A DNA stretch of 64,000 nt from the IMG/VR virus record IMGVR_UViG_3300036851_000321, positions 18,520 to 82,519 of that record; one strand, 5' to 3'. The stretch is from a virus. The notes beneath the pieces are model-generated. The model ran no database searches, was not told the origin of the DNA, and saw only the letters and a program-made list of their open reading frames with translations. The translations under genes and the position numbers were made by a program. This document shows, one piece after another, positions 54,301 through 63,078 of this stretch (positions are counted from its first letter, which is position 1; each line of letters begins with the position of its first letter).

Positions 54301-54954
54301 ACGAGCGACCACACGGCGAGCGGCGTCCTGTTCTTGCCGGCCTCGAGCGAACGCGGCCGGATCGTCTGGCTCGACGTGGAGTTCAAAAACGTTAGCACGG
54401 GCGTCACCGCGATCACATTCGACGGCGTCACGATGACGCTCGCGCACTCGCGCACGGTCTCCACCGCGGGAGTGGCCACCTATTACCTGCTTTCTGACAG
54501 CCTGCCGGCCACCGCGGGTCCCTACACGTGGAGCGTGACGGTTGACGGCGCTTCGGGCCAAGTCAACGCCGCCTGCTCTTACAAGCCGGGAATGCTTCAG
54601 GGTGGTCCGTTTGCCACCGGCGGCGCCGACAACACGAGCACAAGCATCAGCGCAACGCTCAACGCGCCCTCGAACGGCTGGATCCGCGACGTGCTCTACA
54701 ACGTGACCGGTACGGACGACGCGACGCCGCACCCGACGCAGACCGAGACGGCAGACTTCTCGACCGACAGTGCGAATGCCGGGCGGATTGCAACGTCCAT
54801 GCGCCAATCGTGGGTGCAGGCCTCGTTCGACATGAGCTGGACCAGCATCACGACGGCCGAGCAGCACATCTTGATTGCTACGTCTTGGCAGGTCGAGGAA
54901 CCGCCGGTCCTCGCCCTACAGCAGCCGATGGTGCCCGCCAATAGAGCGGCCTGA
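51400..54954 (+). CDS. Large multidomain adhesin/glycosidase-like virion protein (Asp-box propellers plus LamG-like domain)
   Basis: STDAGLTF, STDDGATW, STDGAVSW, SDDLGFTW; KYGSNPVI; VDDAEWW...GVISDL. Confidence 0.75.
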   Translation: MADTVVVNAGGPGSDDFPRKCCGESLVWTSSTVGYFFYVDSSNDLKYIKSTDAGLTFGSAVNVKTGTIGCFAIWFDKWTPSLTGTKIYCAYTDTTANDFLYRGLETSTDTLDTEQIISNATDLRGSGGTMAQRSCSITKAVGGNLYATFIDDLTAVESGFFRSTDDGATWGARTNLTTVTPAAGDRMRLFPGNAADNQDVWMLFFDASASDLLFATHDDSANTTTSTAINTSIAISGALHDMGFSGAVRHSDGHLFAVAWTAVDSASGDFLAYQINGSASITQRTNVVTDQDDTFGGGCYFDQQTGSLTVFYYGTSSEVYNSAVHVRYRTSTDGAVSWGRQWRIDVDTTRDTRYVTGGMSVGSSNAGPFRPIWIADASAYSNVAPLSAMFDRPPIQCTDINPYVNASGVASDTNEVKAGVTDWLRTEGYPGAPAKYSGIGEVIESGAPQPTLTSRIGGSTPLALDYDPAAGAGGPATLWTAGGAGENNENVTTAIWPRRDAAGWVVFNHRGNNGNPRQGVGKYNTSYDFQTGWTELGSPPLIDVGSGGTWDDANVPDLNGWTWIGNKLVGFYRGHDGSITQVGRVDATWDGAVGSFPGLTKYGSNPVITSSAAPWITTNNGCVPGSIWIDPAGRWWMYLSCNSPNAAGLSYSDDLGFTWVVGQYATITPVSPQTSCGDGVAICIDDTPHRAYGASFVWIDSGSQGAATLEGRYLYFLPFEKTAAQITKKGKSYFPNGSPYSGAALASGGVQGTNSFALAGRFRVPRCVRTSDLHTIYQQGVDGSDVMVYVRIGSTGLLTAFWSTTTTAAAGPPFDKTLTGASAVDDAEWWDFCFARFGANDFRLYTRRAGGAWVLDATNTAEDGGTTSSTQNAAIGNGFPTNGFGNSPCRGVISDLVFMTGAPPDTSLTATGAAFAGMLHSSRTAYSGGTFQWDESNAQWVDNGDVVLVEAIDSTDLPTISTDGSTGTSDHTASGVLFLPASSERGRIVWLDVEFKNVSTGVTAITFDGVTMTLAHSRTVSTAGVATYYLLSDSLPATAGPYTWSVTVDGASGQVNAACSYKPGMLQGGPFATGGADNTSTSISATLNAPSNGWIRDVLYNVTGTDDATPHPTQTETADFSTDSANAGRIATSMRQSWVQASFDMSWTSITTAEQHILIATSWQVEEPPVLALQQPMVPANRAA

Positions 54955-54970
54955 TTACCGAGGAAACAAC

Positions 54971-55408
54971 ATGGCACGATTCTCAATCGCTGGTCGCTCA
55001 ACGGTGGCCGGCACGACCTTGCGCGCGGTGGCGTCGCTGTTCGCCGTCGCGAGCCGCACGCTGAAACTACGCGAGGTCGGCGTCACCAACACGACCTCTA
55101 CAGCCGTTGCTGTGGCGCTCGTGCGATTCACGAACGCAACGGGCGTAGGCGCTGGCCTGACGGAGGTGGCGTACGATGAGGCGGGGCCGGCTCCGAACGG
55201 CACCGGGTTTGCTGGGCACACGGCGGACGGCGCGGTCGGATCGCCGCTCCGCCAGACTGTTCTCGGGGCAAGCGTTGGATCCGCCCACATCTGGACGTTC
55301 GGCGACACGGGGATCCTCGTGGCGGCCGGTACGGCGAACGGCATTGGCCTCATCTGTCCGACCGGCACGGGACAGATCTTAGACTATTGGTTTGACTGGG
55401 ACGAATGA
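54971..55408 (+). CDS. Putative virion beta-sandwich protein
   Basis: GAGGA RBS; ILVAAGTANGIGL...FDWDE. Confidence 0.65.
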   Translation: MARFSIAGRSTVAGTTLRAVASLFAVASRTLKLREVGVTNTTSTAVAVALVRFTNATGVGAGLTEVAYDEAGPAPNGTGFAGHTADGAVGSPLRQTVLGASVGSAHIWTFGDTGILVAAGTANGIGLICPTGTGQILDYWFDWDE

Positions 55409-55422
55409 CGGGGGGCCGGTAG

Positions 55423-56436
55423 ATGGCGATCTACAACCGGGCCAAGCCTCGCGCCGATACCCGGGCCAGGTCGCGCGTTGTTGCGATCACGGGCGCAGCC
55501 GGCGGGAGCATCGAATCCGCCGATGGCGCATCAGCGGTTGTCTGCTCCGCTTCTGGTGTCGGGGCGAGCACAGCGGAAGCCGCCGGGTCCTGCGCCATTG
55601 TCGTCACGGGGGCCGGCGTCGGGGAGGGTAACACCAGCTCAGTCGGCGCCGGAGCGGTCGTCTGCACAGCGACCGGAGTCGGGAGCTCAACCTCCGCGGC
55701 GGACGGAGCCGGAGCCGTTGTCGTTTCATGCGCTGGCGCAGGCGGCTCGACTGCTGCGTCCGCCGGCGCTTCCGCCATCGTCGTCGCCGGTGCAGGCGCC
55801 GGCGCGTCGACTTCGGCATCGGACGGATCGTCCTCCGTAATCCTGACCGCGTCCGGCGTCGGCTCGACCACCGCTGCCTCCAGCGGCGCCTCCTCAATCG
55901 TGGTCGGCGCCGCTGGCGTCGGGACCGAGGTAGGCACGGACCCGGCCGCCGGTGCGTCAGCGATCGTTTGCACCGGTACCGGCGTCGGCGCCTCGACAGC
56001 CGCGAGCACCGGAGCCGGAGCCATCGCGATTGCGGGCGCGGGAGCTGGCTCATCGATAGTAGCGGGCGCGGGCACTTCCGCAGTTGTCTGCACGGCTTCC
56101 GGAGCAGCCGAGGAGCTCCGGTGGGGCACCGGGGTCTCCTCGTGTGTCGTCTCCGCCGCTGGCGTCGGAGTATCGACCTCCGCCGCCGCCGGCTCAAGCG
56201 CGATCGTCATCGCCGGATCGGGCGTCTCCGGGCAAACCATAGAGGCCGTGGGCGCGTCGGCGATCGTCGTCTCGTGCGCAGCCGTGAGCGCCAGCATCAT
56301 TCCGCCCAATCCACCGATCACCACGGCATGGACGCGTCCGGCGAACGAACCGGTCGTTGCTACGCAGGTCGTGTCAGGGCGCACCGTCACCACCTGGACA
56401 AAAAACCAAGACGAGGAGCTGCCATTGGCAGCGTGA
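55423..56436 (+). CDS. Gly/Ala/Ser-rich fibre-shaft protein with about 13 repeats of 20 aa
   Basis: GASAIVxxxxGVGxSTxxxx units. Confidence 0.7.
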   Translation: MAIYNRAKPRADTRARSRVVAITGAAGGSIESADGASAVVCSASGVGASTAEAAGSCAIVVTGAGVGEGNTSSVGAGAVVCTATGVGSSTSAADGAGAVVVSCAGAGGSTAASAGASAIVVAGAGAGASTSASDGSSSVILTASGVGSTTAASSGASSIVVGAAGVGTEVGTDPAAGASAIVCTGTGVGASTAASTGAGAIAIAGAGAGSSIVAGAGTSAVVCTASGAAEELRWGTGVSSCVVSAAGVGVSTSAAAGSSAIVIAGSGVSGQTIEAVGASAIVVSCAAVSASIIPPNPPITTAWTRPANEPVVATQVVSGRTVTTWTKNQDEELPLAA

Positions 56437-56449
56437 AGGAAAGCAAATC

Positions 56450-56881
56450 ATGAGCGACGCATCCGACGCATTCGAGAACGCAGCGGCACTACTCTTTTTC
56501 AACGCGACCAACTGGGCGAACGTTGCCGACAATGCCGCGACATCTCCGTTCACCAACTGGTACCTCGGGCTGCACACGTCCTCGCCGGGTGAAGCGGGCA
56601 ACCAGACATCGAACGAGATTGGTTACACGAGCTACGCCCGCGTGGCCCGCGCGCGAACGTCGGGTGGATTCACCGTGACCGGTGGCTCGACCGTGCTTGC
56701 AGCAAACGCCGATTTCCCCGCTGGAACTGGCGGCTCCGGCACGGCCACGCATCTCGGGCTTGGCTCGGCGTCCAGCGGTACCGGGATCCTCGAGATCCTT
56801 GGCACGGTCACGCCCAATATCGTGTGCGGGAGCGGCGTGACGCCGCGGCTCACGACTGCCACGGCGTTTACTATCGCCTAA
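56450..56881 (+). CDS. Small fibre-associated virion protein
   Basis: YLGLHTSSPGEAGNQTSNE..YTSYARV...FP...GVTPRL. Confidence 0.75.
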   Translation: MSDASDAFENAAALLFFNATNWANVADNAATSPFTNWYLGLHTSSPGEAGNQTSNEIGYTSYARVARARTSGGFTVTGGSTVLAANADFPAGTGGSGTATHLGLGSASSGTGILEILGTVTPNIVCGSGVTPRLTTATAFTIA

Positions 56882-56885
56882 CGCC

Positions 56886-57323
56886 GTGCTTCCGGTACTC
56901 CAAACCTGGCGCGACTTCCGCGAGTTCGTCGCGGCCAAGAAGCGGAAGCGCGAACCGCTCTGCTTCAAGGGCCGCGGCGTCGCGGAGGCGTCCTACCGTC
57001 CGCGGCACGCTCAGGGCTTCGCGAACTTCCGCGCGTCGCTCCGTGGTGTCGGCAGCTGGGGGCAGGCGAGTGAGCGGGTCGACGCACTTGAGCACGCTCT
57101 CCATGCTCGCCACGGGGTCGGTCTGCCGCTGCCGCGCAAGGTGATCCAAAATTCTGACAAGTCCCTGTCCCTGTGGTGGGGACCGTCGAGCCATCTGATG
57201 GTGCGAGCCCTCCCGGATGGATTCACGAGCCTGATCGGCGGCGCGCGCGGGGTTGTGGCCAAGTGCATCACCAACGAATTGCTTGATGCTCTCGCGTTCC
57301 AGCGGCGGATACAGAGCCAGTGA
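56886..57323 (+). CDS. Hypothetical protein
   Basis: GC3-rich codons on the plus strand; competes with a minus-strand ORF. Confidence 0.5.
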   Translation: MLPVLQTWRDFREFVAAKKRKREPLCFKGRGVAEASYRPRHAQGFANFRASLRGVGSWGQASERVDALEHALHARHGVGLPLPRKVIQNSDKSLSLWWGPSSHLMVRALPDGFTSLIGGARGVVAKCITNELLDALAFQRRIQSQ

Positions 57324-57325
57324 TG

Positions 57326-57922
57326 TCACTCGACGTGCTTCCAGATCTGACAGAGCGCTACCATAGCGACCAGCCTGGGACTGATGCCAAGTCTGGACGC
57401 AACGACCCTGTGCGTTTCGCCGCGTTGGACAGATTCTCGGATTTGCCTCACGAGTGGCTCCGTGAGTTTTGCGTTAGGAACGGCCGCGCCGCGCCGCTGG
57501 CGACCCTTCTGTACCTTGTCGAGCATGTTGTCGGCAGTGGTCCCCTCGAACAGGTGAGCAACTCTCACGCAACCAAGCGCCCCGCCGTCGCACCTGTGGA
57601 GAGCCTGGGGGTCAGGCCATCGCCCATGTTCCAGGTACCAAGCAACGCGATGAGAATATTCGGGCTTGCCCAAGAACCGCACGCGCCCGTAACCACGGAT
57701 GGCGCATCCGGTCCACACCCAGCATGGGCCAAGTTCCGGCACGAGCACGGGGCCGTCCTTGTTGACGTATGCCCAGAAGCGCTCCTCGTCGCTGACGGTC
57801 CCGTGGGGACGAACGCATGCGCGACAATTCGGCGCCCTACCACCGCTAGCGCTGTGCCCGAAGCTCCTGATCGATTTCTCTCTCCCGCATCGCGAGCAGC
57901 GTCGTACCGTAGCCATGTCCAT
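57326..57922 (-). CDS. HNH endonuclease (His-Cys box type)
   Basis: RFWAYVNK, CWVWTG, GYG, HRVAW, LHRCD, CVRVAHL, NAKLT. Confidence 0.9.
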   Translation of the reverse strand: MDMATVRRCSRCGREKSIRSFGHSASGGRAPNCRACVRPHGTVSDEERFWAYVNKDGPVLVPELGPCWVWTGCAIRGYGRVRFLGKPEYSHRVAWYLEHGRWPDPQALHRCDGGALGCVRVAHLFEGTTADNMLDKVQKGRQRRGAAVPNAKLTEPLVRQIRESVQRGETHRVVASRLGISPRLVAMVALCQIWKHVE

Positions 57923-57995
57923 GGGAACTCAACCTTCCTGTTGGGCCACGTCCCCGGTCGTGTAGCAGCGACGCGGGGACACTTGGTTTGTAGCA
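57923..57995 (-). promoter_or_regulatory. Antisense promoter plus hairpin leader (copy B)
   Basis: GTCCCCG-C-GTCG-loop-CGAC-CGGGGAC; AGGAAGGTTGAGTTCCC-ATG. Confidence 0.55.
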
Positions 57996-58014
57996 CAAGG
58001 CCGGTGCGGCCATC

Positions 58015-58389
58015 ATGACCACCCCGAACGCACCCACGACGCTCCCCCCACACATTCGCGGAGACACGTTCTCCTACTCCTTCACGCTCGGTAATTCGTG
58101 GCTCGGCTCGACGTTTACGGGCGGCGTGAAGTTCACGCTCAGGAGCTCCGAGGCGAGCACAGCGACCGTTACCGACGCGGACGCGGTCCATCAGGCGACC
58201 GTGGTGAACGGGCAGATCACTTTCGTCGGTGCCGTGGGTACGATCTTGATTCCGGCTTCGGCGACTACAGCCTGGCCTAAAGGGCGGCTCTTCTGGGATC
58301 TGCAAGGCTCGGTCTCCGGCGTACCAACCATCTATACGATCGACTACGGCCGGATCCTCATCATCGCCGACGTGACGCGCGCCCCGTAG
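58015..58389 (+). CDS. BppU N-terminal-like virion protein
   Basis: IRGDTF, VKFTLR, IPASATTAW, LFWDLQ, G..I.ADVTR. Confidence 0.75.
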   Translation: MTTPNAPTTLPPHIRGDTFSYSFTLGNSWLGSTFTGGVKFTLRSSEASTATVTDADAVHQATVVNGQITFVGAVGTILIPASATTAWPKGRLFWDLQGSVSGVPTIYTIDYGRILIIADVTRAP

Positions 58390-58448
58390 CCGCGCCCCGC
58401 GTTCCACTTTGCCGCGGCCCTCCCGACGCAACCACGGAGATCCATCCA

Positions 58449-59237
58449 ATGCCCGAAAACCTCCTCTCCTACCTCCCGCAAGTCACCGCGATCCTCCTCG
58501 CCGCGACCCGCATGATCCCCCGCCTCGGCCCGCTCTGGTCCCGCGTCCTGCCGCCGAAATGGCAGTGGGTCCCGGGCGTCGCCGTGCTCGCTCTCCCGCA
58601 GATCGCCGACTCGCTCGGCCTGGTAAAGAGCCCGCTCGACCTCGTCGAAACCGTGACGCTCGCCATTGCGCTGATGGTGCCCGGTGCGCGGTCGTCGGCG
58701 CATGTGGCGTTGGCGAAGGATGCGGCGCCCCCGACTCCGAAGACGGGCGCGGGGGCGGCTCCACTCGCGCTCTTGCTGCTCGCCGGGACGATCGCGGTTT
58801 CGCCGGGTCTGACTTCCTGCTCGCCATCCGCTTCCCCCGAAGCCAGCGGCGCCCAAGCAATGGACGTTACGCGAGCCGCATTCAACGTGGCGGCCGTCAG
58901 CGTGAAGGCGCTCGACGAGGTGAACGCCGCTTGGATCAACGCCGTTGCCAACACGGGTGACGCCGCCCTTGCGAACGCTGCTCTAGAGCCGGCGCGCAAG
59001 ATCACGGCTGCCGTGAACGCTGCTCGGGATGAGCTCGCGAAAGCTCGTGCGGAGCTCGAGGGCGGAAGCGAAGCGAAAGCCCGCGCCTACCTCGTGGACG
59101 CGATCGGCTACGCGGACGCTGCGCTGATGGTGCTCGACATGGCTGGTCAAGGCGGAAGGGTCCCGAAAGAGGTGAAGGATGCGCTCGCGTTCCTTCGCGG
59201 GTTCGTCAGCCGTAGCGCCGCGGGAGGCGCCTCGTGA
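58449..59237 (+). CDS. Membrane protein, holin/spanin candidate
   Basis: N-terminal hydrophobic segments; internal LLLLAGTIAVSPGLTSC lipobox-like motif; helical C-terminus. Confidence 0.5.
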   Translation: MPENLLSYLPQVTAILLAATRMIPRLGPLWSRVLPPKWQWVPGVAVLALPQIADSLGLVKSPLDLVETVTLAIALMVPGARSSAHVALAKDAAPPTPKTGAGAAPLALLLLAGTIAVSPGLTSCSPSASPEASGAQAMDVTRAAFNVAAVSVKALDEVNAAWINAVANTGDAALANAALEPARKITAAVNAARDELAKARAELEGGSEAKARAYLVDAIGYADAALMVLDMAGQGGRVPKEVKDALAFLRGFVSRSAAGGAS

Positions 59238-59557
59238 GCGCGCTCACCTCAGCCGCCCGCGTACTCGCCGAGGTGGCAAAGCACGGACCTGGTGTGCTCG
59301 ACACCGCGCACGAGGTAGCCAAATTCGGCAAATCCGCCGTCGAGGCGGTGAACGCCTGGGTGAACGGGGACGGGCCTGAGCCGGCAGAGCTGCAGTCGCT
59401 CCCGGAGACCACGAAGAGCACGCTTGCTTTGGCGAGGCTCGAGCGGGTGGCGGCGGGGCCGGAGTACTGCAAACACTGTCCGTTCGCGAAGCACGTTCAC
59501 TTCGAGCGTGACGGAAGGCTCGTCACGGACAGCTGCCCGGGGTTCGAGGCACAGTGA
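59234..59557 (+). CDS. Hypothetical protein with C-terminal Cys/His cluster
   Basis: GTGA overlaps at both ends; CKHC...H...CPGF. Confidence 0.6.
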   Translation: MSALTSAARVLAEVAKHGPGVLDTAHEVAKFGKSAVEAVNAWVNGDGPEPAELQSLPETTKSTLALARLERVAAGPEYCKHCPFAKHVHFERDGRLVTDSCPGFEAQ

Positions 59558-59892
59558 AGAAGTGGCTCCTCGGCCTCCTCCTAGTCCTCGGTATTGGCGG
59601 GGCGATGGCGGCTTGTGTGCATAGGCGGGAGCGGGGTGACGCGCCGCCGCTGCCAGGCCCCGCACCGACGCCGACTGGACCGCTCAAGCTCGCGCGTGCC
59701 TACGACGAATGCGTGCCGGTGCTGACCGAGGAAGAGCGTCACCGGCTCCGCGAGCAGTGCCGAAGCGAGGGCCGCTCTCCGTCTTTCGGCCTGTCGCTCG
59801 TTCGCTGCCACGAGCTCGACGCCAACCAGACCGAGGCCTGGCACGTCAGCGCACGAAGCCTCGAACTCGGCGCCCCGGTGTTCATCCGATGA
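59554..59892 (+). CDS. Putative lipoprotein
   Basis: MKKWLLGLLLVLGIGGAMAAC followed by a Pro-rich stretch. Confidence 0.6.
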   Translation: MKKWLLGLLLVLGIGGAMAACVHRRERGDAPPLPGPAPTPTGPLKLARAYDECVPVLTEEERHRLREQCRSEGRSPSFGLSLVRCHELDANQTEAWHVSARSLELGAPVFIR

Positions 59893-60383
59893 TCCCCATC
59901 GCCTCCGTCTCCGCCGCCCTCGCAATCCTCCCAGTCTACCACGAGGATCGGGACAACCCCTACAAGGGCGCCCAGCTCGCGACCGTTGCTCGAGCCGTGG
60001 CCGCCGTGTCCAGGAGCCGGGAAGAGGCCGCGTACCTGATCACGATTGGCCATCACGAGTCCGGTCACTCGTTCCGCATTCACTTCGGGCTGTGCAAATC
60101 GTTTGAGTGTGACCATGGACGGGCACGTGGCTTGTTCCAAAATCACCAGAACGGACGGAGCCAACAGGAGTGGGACGGGTTCGTAGGCCTCACGCTGGAG
60201 GCGACCACGGCGTCCACGGTGGCGGCGCTACAGCATGTCAGATTTGCGCAAAGGGTTTGTCGGGGTGAGCCTGACCCGGTCATTGCAACATTTCGTGCAT
60301 ATGCCGGCCGAGGGTGCCGCGGCTCCCTGCCGGGAGAGAACAAGCGCGTGATGACGTTCCAGGCTGTCATGAGGAAGCTGTGA
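59889..60383 (+). CDS. Lysozyme-fold / transglycosylase-like protein
   Basis: ITIGHHESG, ARGLFQ, AYAG. Confidence 0.65.
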   Translation: MIPIASVSAALAILPVYHEDRDNPYKGAQLATVARAVAAVSRSREEAAYLITIGHHESGHSFRIHFGLCKSFECDHGRARGLFQNHQNGRSQQEWDGFVGLTLEATTASTVAALQHVRFAQRVCRGEPDPVIATFRAYAGRGCRGSLPGENKRVMTFQAVMRKL

Positions 60384-60385
60384 GT

Positions 60386-61330
60386 CTAGGTCACGTACTT
60401 CCAGCTTTTGCGCTTGCCGATGTTGCAGGCCGTGCCAGCGGTGCAGCCGAACTTGCGCCCGAGTTCGCTCGGCCCAACTCCGGAGTCGTAGAGGGAACGC
60501 AAATCGCGCACCTGCTCGAGCGTGAGCCTGGTGTGCCCGTGGCTCTCGCCGCTTCCCCCGCGCCCCTTCGAGCGCATGTCACGCAGGTTATCTTGCTTGG
60601 TCCCGAGAAACAGGTGTGCCGGACGCACGCAGCGCGGATTGTCACACTGATGCAGGACCTCCAGTCCGCCGCGGATCTCGCCATTGTGCATGACCCACGA
60701 GAGCCGGTGGGCGTACTCGGACCCGCCGCCTGGCCTTCCGATCTTCCCATAACCGAACTCGTGGGCACCGGCGGTCCACACCCAGCACGCCCCAAGCCCG
60801 GGCGCATGCGAAGGCGTCGGCCCCCACTTGTTCACCTTCGACCAGAAGCGATCGGTAAGCGGGATGCTCACGTTGCGCCATGCGCCCGAGTTTCGCGCGC
60901 AGCGCATCGAACAGAAGCGCGCACGCTTCCCCCTGTGGCCGAGGTCACGCTGGCAGCTTGCGCAAGCCCGCACCATGGTGATCTTGGCGGGCGCAATGTC
61001 GGCGCGCGTCCCGAGAAACAGATGAGCCGGGTTGACGCAGCGCCGGTTGCCGCAGTGGTGAAGGGGCAGCAGCCCAGCTGGCACGCTCCCGTTCGCGAGC
61101 TCCCAGGTGACGCGGTGCGCGTAGACCATTGTTCCGGCGCTGCCGTCGACGCGAATGCGCCCATAGCCGCCTGTCGTCGCGCCGCCTCGCCACTGCCAGC
61201 AGTTGCCAAGTTCGGGACGGCCGACAGGAACGGGGCCGCGCTTGTCCACCTTGCCCCAGATGCGAGCGTCGGGTGGCGTGACTGGTCGTTTGCCGCGCGG
61301 TCGTCGCGGTGCTCTCTTCGTGTTGTCCAT
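60386..61330 (-). CDS. HNH endonuclease with two tandem HNH domains
   Basis: Two W.KV.K...CW.W...GYG...AHR..W...LH.C.N..CV.PAHL units. Confidence 0.9.
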   Translation of the reverse strand: MDNTKRAPRRPRGKRPVTPPDARIWGKVDKRGPVPVGRPELGNCWQWRGGATTGGYGRIRVDGSAGTMVYAHRVTWELANGSVPAGLLPLHHCGNRRCVNPAHLFLGTRADIAPAKITMVRACASCQRDLGHRGKRARFCSMRCARNSGAWRNVSIPLTDRFWSKVNKWGPTPSHAPGLGACWVWTAGAHEFGYGKIGRPGGGSEYAHRLSWVMHNGEIRGGLEVLHQCDNPRCVRPAHLFLGTKQDNLRDMRSKGRGGSGESHGHTRLTLEQVRDLRSLYDSGVGPSELGRKFGCTAGTACNIGKRKSWKYVT

Positions 61331-61401
61331 GGACTCAACTCCTTGGGCCGGGCCTCGGCAGGTGACACTGCGCGAGGCCGTTTCGTGGAGGGAGTTTAGC
61401 A
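61331..61401 (-). promoter_or_regulatory. Antisense promoter plus hairpin leader (copy C)
   Basis: TGcTAAACT extended -10; GGCCTCG-C-GCAG-loop-CTGC-CGAGGCC; AAGGAGTTGAGTCC-ATG. Confidence 0.6.
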
Positions 61402-62228
61402 TGTACGAATCCGTACGTGAGGTGTGGGCGGTCTACTCGGAGCCGCTCGAGGGCAGAATTCCGTCCATGTACTTGGATATTTTGGGCTTGATCACATGCG
61501 GCGTCGGCAACTTGATAGATCCGGTCTCCGAAGCGCTGAAGGTTCCGTTCTACCGCGACAGCGACAACGAACGAGCGACACCCGATCAGGTGCGCGCGGC
61601 CTGGCATGCGCTGAAGGCTCGACAGGATCTCAAGAAGCGCGGGGTTCAACACGCTCGCGCTTTGACGGGCCTGCACATGCGGGACGTTGACATCGACGAT
61701 CTCGTGGCCTCGCGGCTCGCGAGCAACGAAGCATTCATCTGCAAGTGGCTCCCGTCCTTCCCGACAATTCCGGCGGACGCGCAGCTCGGGATCTTGTCGA
61801 TGGCCTGGGCCGTGGGCGCCGGATTCAACCGCAAGTTCCCGACGTTCACGAAGGCCGCGCTTGCCGGTGACTGGTTCGCGGCTCATTCGTCCTGCACGAT
61901 CCGCGAGGCCGGAAACCCCGGGGTCGTTCCCCGCAACAGAGCAAACCGCGTTTGCTTCATGAATGCGAACCTCGTCGCTCAGCACGGGCTCGAACCGTCA
62001 ACCCTGCACTGGCCAGCCCCCGTGAGTTCCTCGGTAGCCGAGGCGAGCGCGAATGCCGAGCGGGCGCAACGGGTGACAGACGAAGACCGCGCGCGCGCCG
62101 ACGCCGCCTTCGTTGAGGCGACGCGCAACGCGCAGCCGGACGATCTGCGGGAGACGCTTCGCGGGCTTTCGGACTTGGACGATCCCGGAGACGAAGACTC
62201 CGCCACCCACGGAGACCCGGTAGCGTGA
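61401..62228 (+). CDS. Endolysin, phage lysozyme (GH24-like)
   Basis: EGRIPSMYLDILGLITCGVGNL (E-x8-D-x5-T); AQLGILSMAW; GGAG RBS. Confidence 0.8.
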   Translation: MYESVREVWAVYSEPLEGRIPSMYLDILGLITCGVGNLIDPVSEALKVPFYRDSDNERATPDQVRAAWHALKARQDLKKRGVQHARALTGLHMRDVDIDDLVASRLASNEAFICKWLPSFPTIPADAQLGILSMAWAVGAGFNRKFPTFTKAALAGDWFAAHSSCTIREAGNPGVVPRNRANRVCFMNANLVAQHGLEPSTLHWPAPVSSSVAEASANAERAQRVTDEDRARADAAFVEATRNAQPDDLRETLRGLSDLDDPGDEDSATHGDPVA

Positions 62229-62344
62229 GTTCCCCCCGCGACGCGAACGCATCCGGCGCCGTTGCCATCGCGGCAATCATCCTGCTCCTCATCGGCCTCG
62301 GCGCCTGGAAGTTCCTCGAGTTGTGTCTGGGGCTGGCGCGCTGA
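62225..62344 (+). CDS. Small single-TM protein (39 aa)
   Basis: Hand translation MSSPRDANASGAVAIAAIILLLIGLGAW...; overlaps at both ends. Confidence 0.55.
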   Translation: MSSPRDANASGAVAIAAIILLLIGLGAWKFLELCLGLAR

Positions 62345-62688
62345 TGTCAGCCCTGGGCGTCCGAACGCGCAACGTGCTCGACCACGTCGGTCTGCCGGAT
62401 CCAACGCCAGAGTACGTCGTTTCGTGGATCCGAGCCAACGTCCCGCCGGGTCACAACGATCAGCAACGGATGCGCGCGTTCCTGCTGAAGCAGAAGAACT
62501 GCGGACCGGAGATGGCGCAAGAGATCCTCGCGTTCGCATTCGGGGACGAGTACCTGAAGCGACTCCGGATCCGCGTAGTCTGCTCGGCGTGCGGAGCGGC
62601 GGCAAACCTTCAAGCGAGCGGCACCACGTGCGACAAGTTCACACAGTGGTGGGCATCCGAGCACAAGCACGAGGAGAACCATGGGTAA
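62344..62688 (+). CDS. Hypothetical protein with C-terminal Zn-binding motif
   Basis: CSACG...W..EH.H; TGATG coupling. Confidence 0.6.
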   Translation: MSALGVRTRNVLDHVGLPDPTPEYVVSWIRANVPPGHNDQQRMRAFLLKQKNCGPEMAQEILAFAFGDEYLKRLRIRVVCSACGAAANLQASGTTCDKFTQWWASEHKHEENHG

Positions 62689-62887
62689 CTGGAACATCAC
62701 GATCCGAGGCGTAGGAATTCACCACAACACGAGCAATCCGGCTGACGCGAACATCATGACCGCGGCATTCGTCCGGGCACTCAAGGACGCTGGACACTCC
62801 GTGATCGCCGCGTCGTTCACCTACGGCGCGGAAGAGGACATGACAGCGATTCCGAAGACACCAGCGGAGCCTCAGTCGCCAGAATGA
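62681..62887 (+). CDS. Small hypothetical protein
   Basis: GAGGAG RBS; MGNWNITIRGVGIHHN. Confidence 0.7.
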   Translation: MGNWNITIRGVGIHHNTSNPADANIMTAAFVRALKDAGHSVIAASFTYGAEEDMTAIPKTPAEPQSPE

Positions 62888-63078
62888 GCCACGGCGCGCT
62901 GATGGACTCCTCCCTCCCGCCGCCGGTCGAAGACCGCCACTGCTACACCTACGCGGAGATCGGCGCCGAGATGGGGATCAGCGGTGAGCGGGTGCGCCAG
63001 ATCGAGCATCGAGCCTTGAGAAAGCTTGCCCGCGTGCACCGGTTTCGAAAGTTGCTGACGGAGATGCTCGAGCCGTGA
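62884..63078 (+). CDS. Stand-alone sigma-70 region-4 HTH protein
   Basis: TYAEIGAEMGISGERVRQIEHRALRKL. Confidence 0.85.
   Translation: MSHGALMDSSLPPPVEDRHCYTYAEIGAEMGISGERVRQIEHRALRKLARVHRFRKLLTEMLEP

Noticed and set aside
56871-57329. Minus-strand 152-aa ORF coupled to the HNH
   Set aside because: The opposite-strand ORF 56886-57323 has better codon bias; the minus ORF is not fully excluded.
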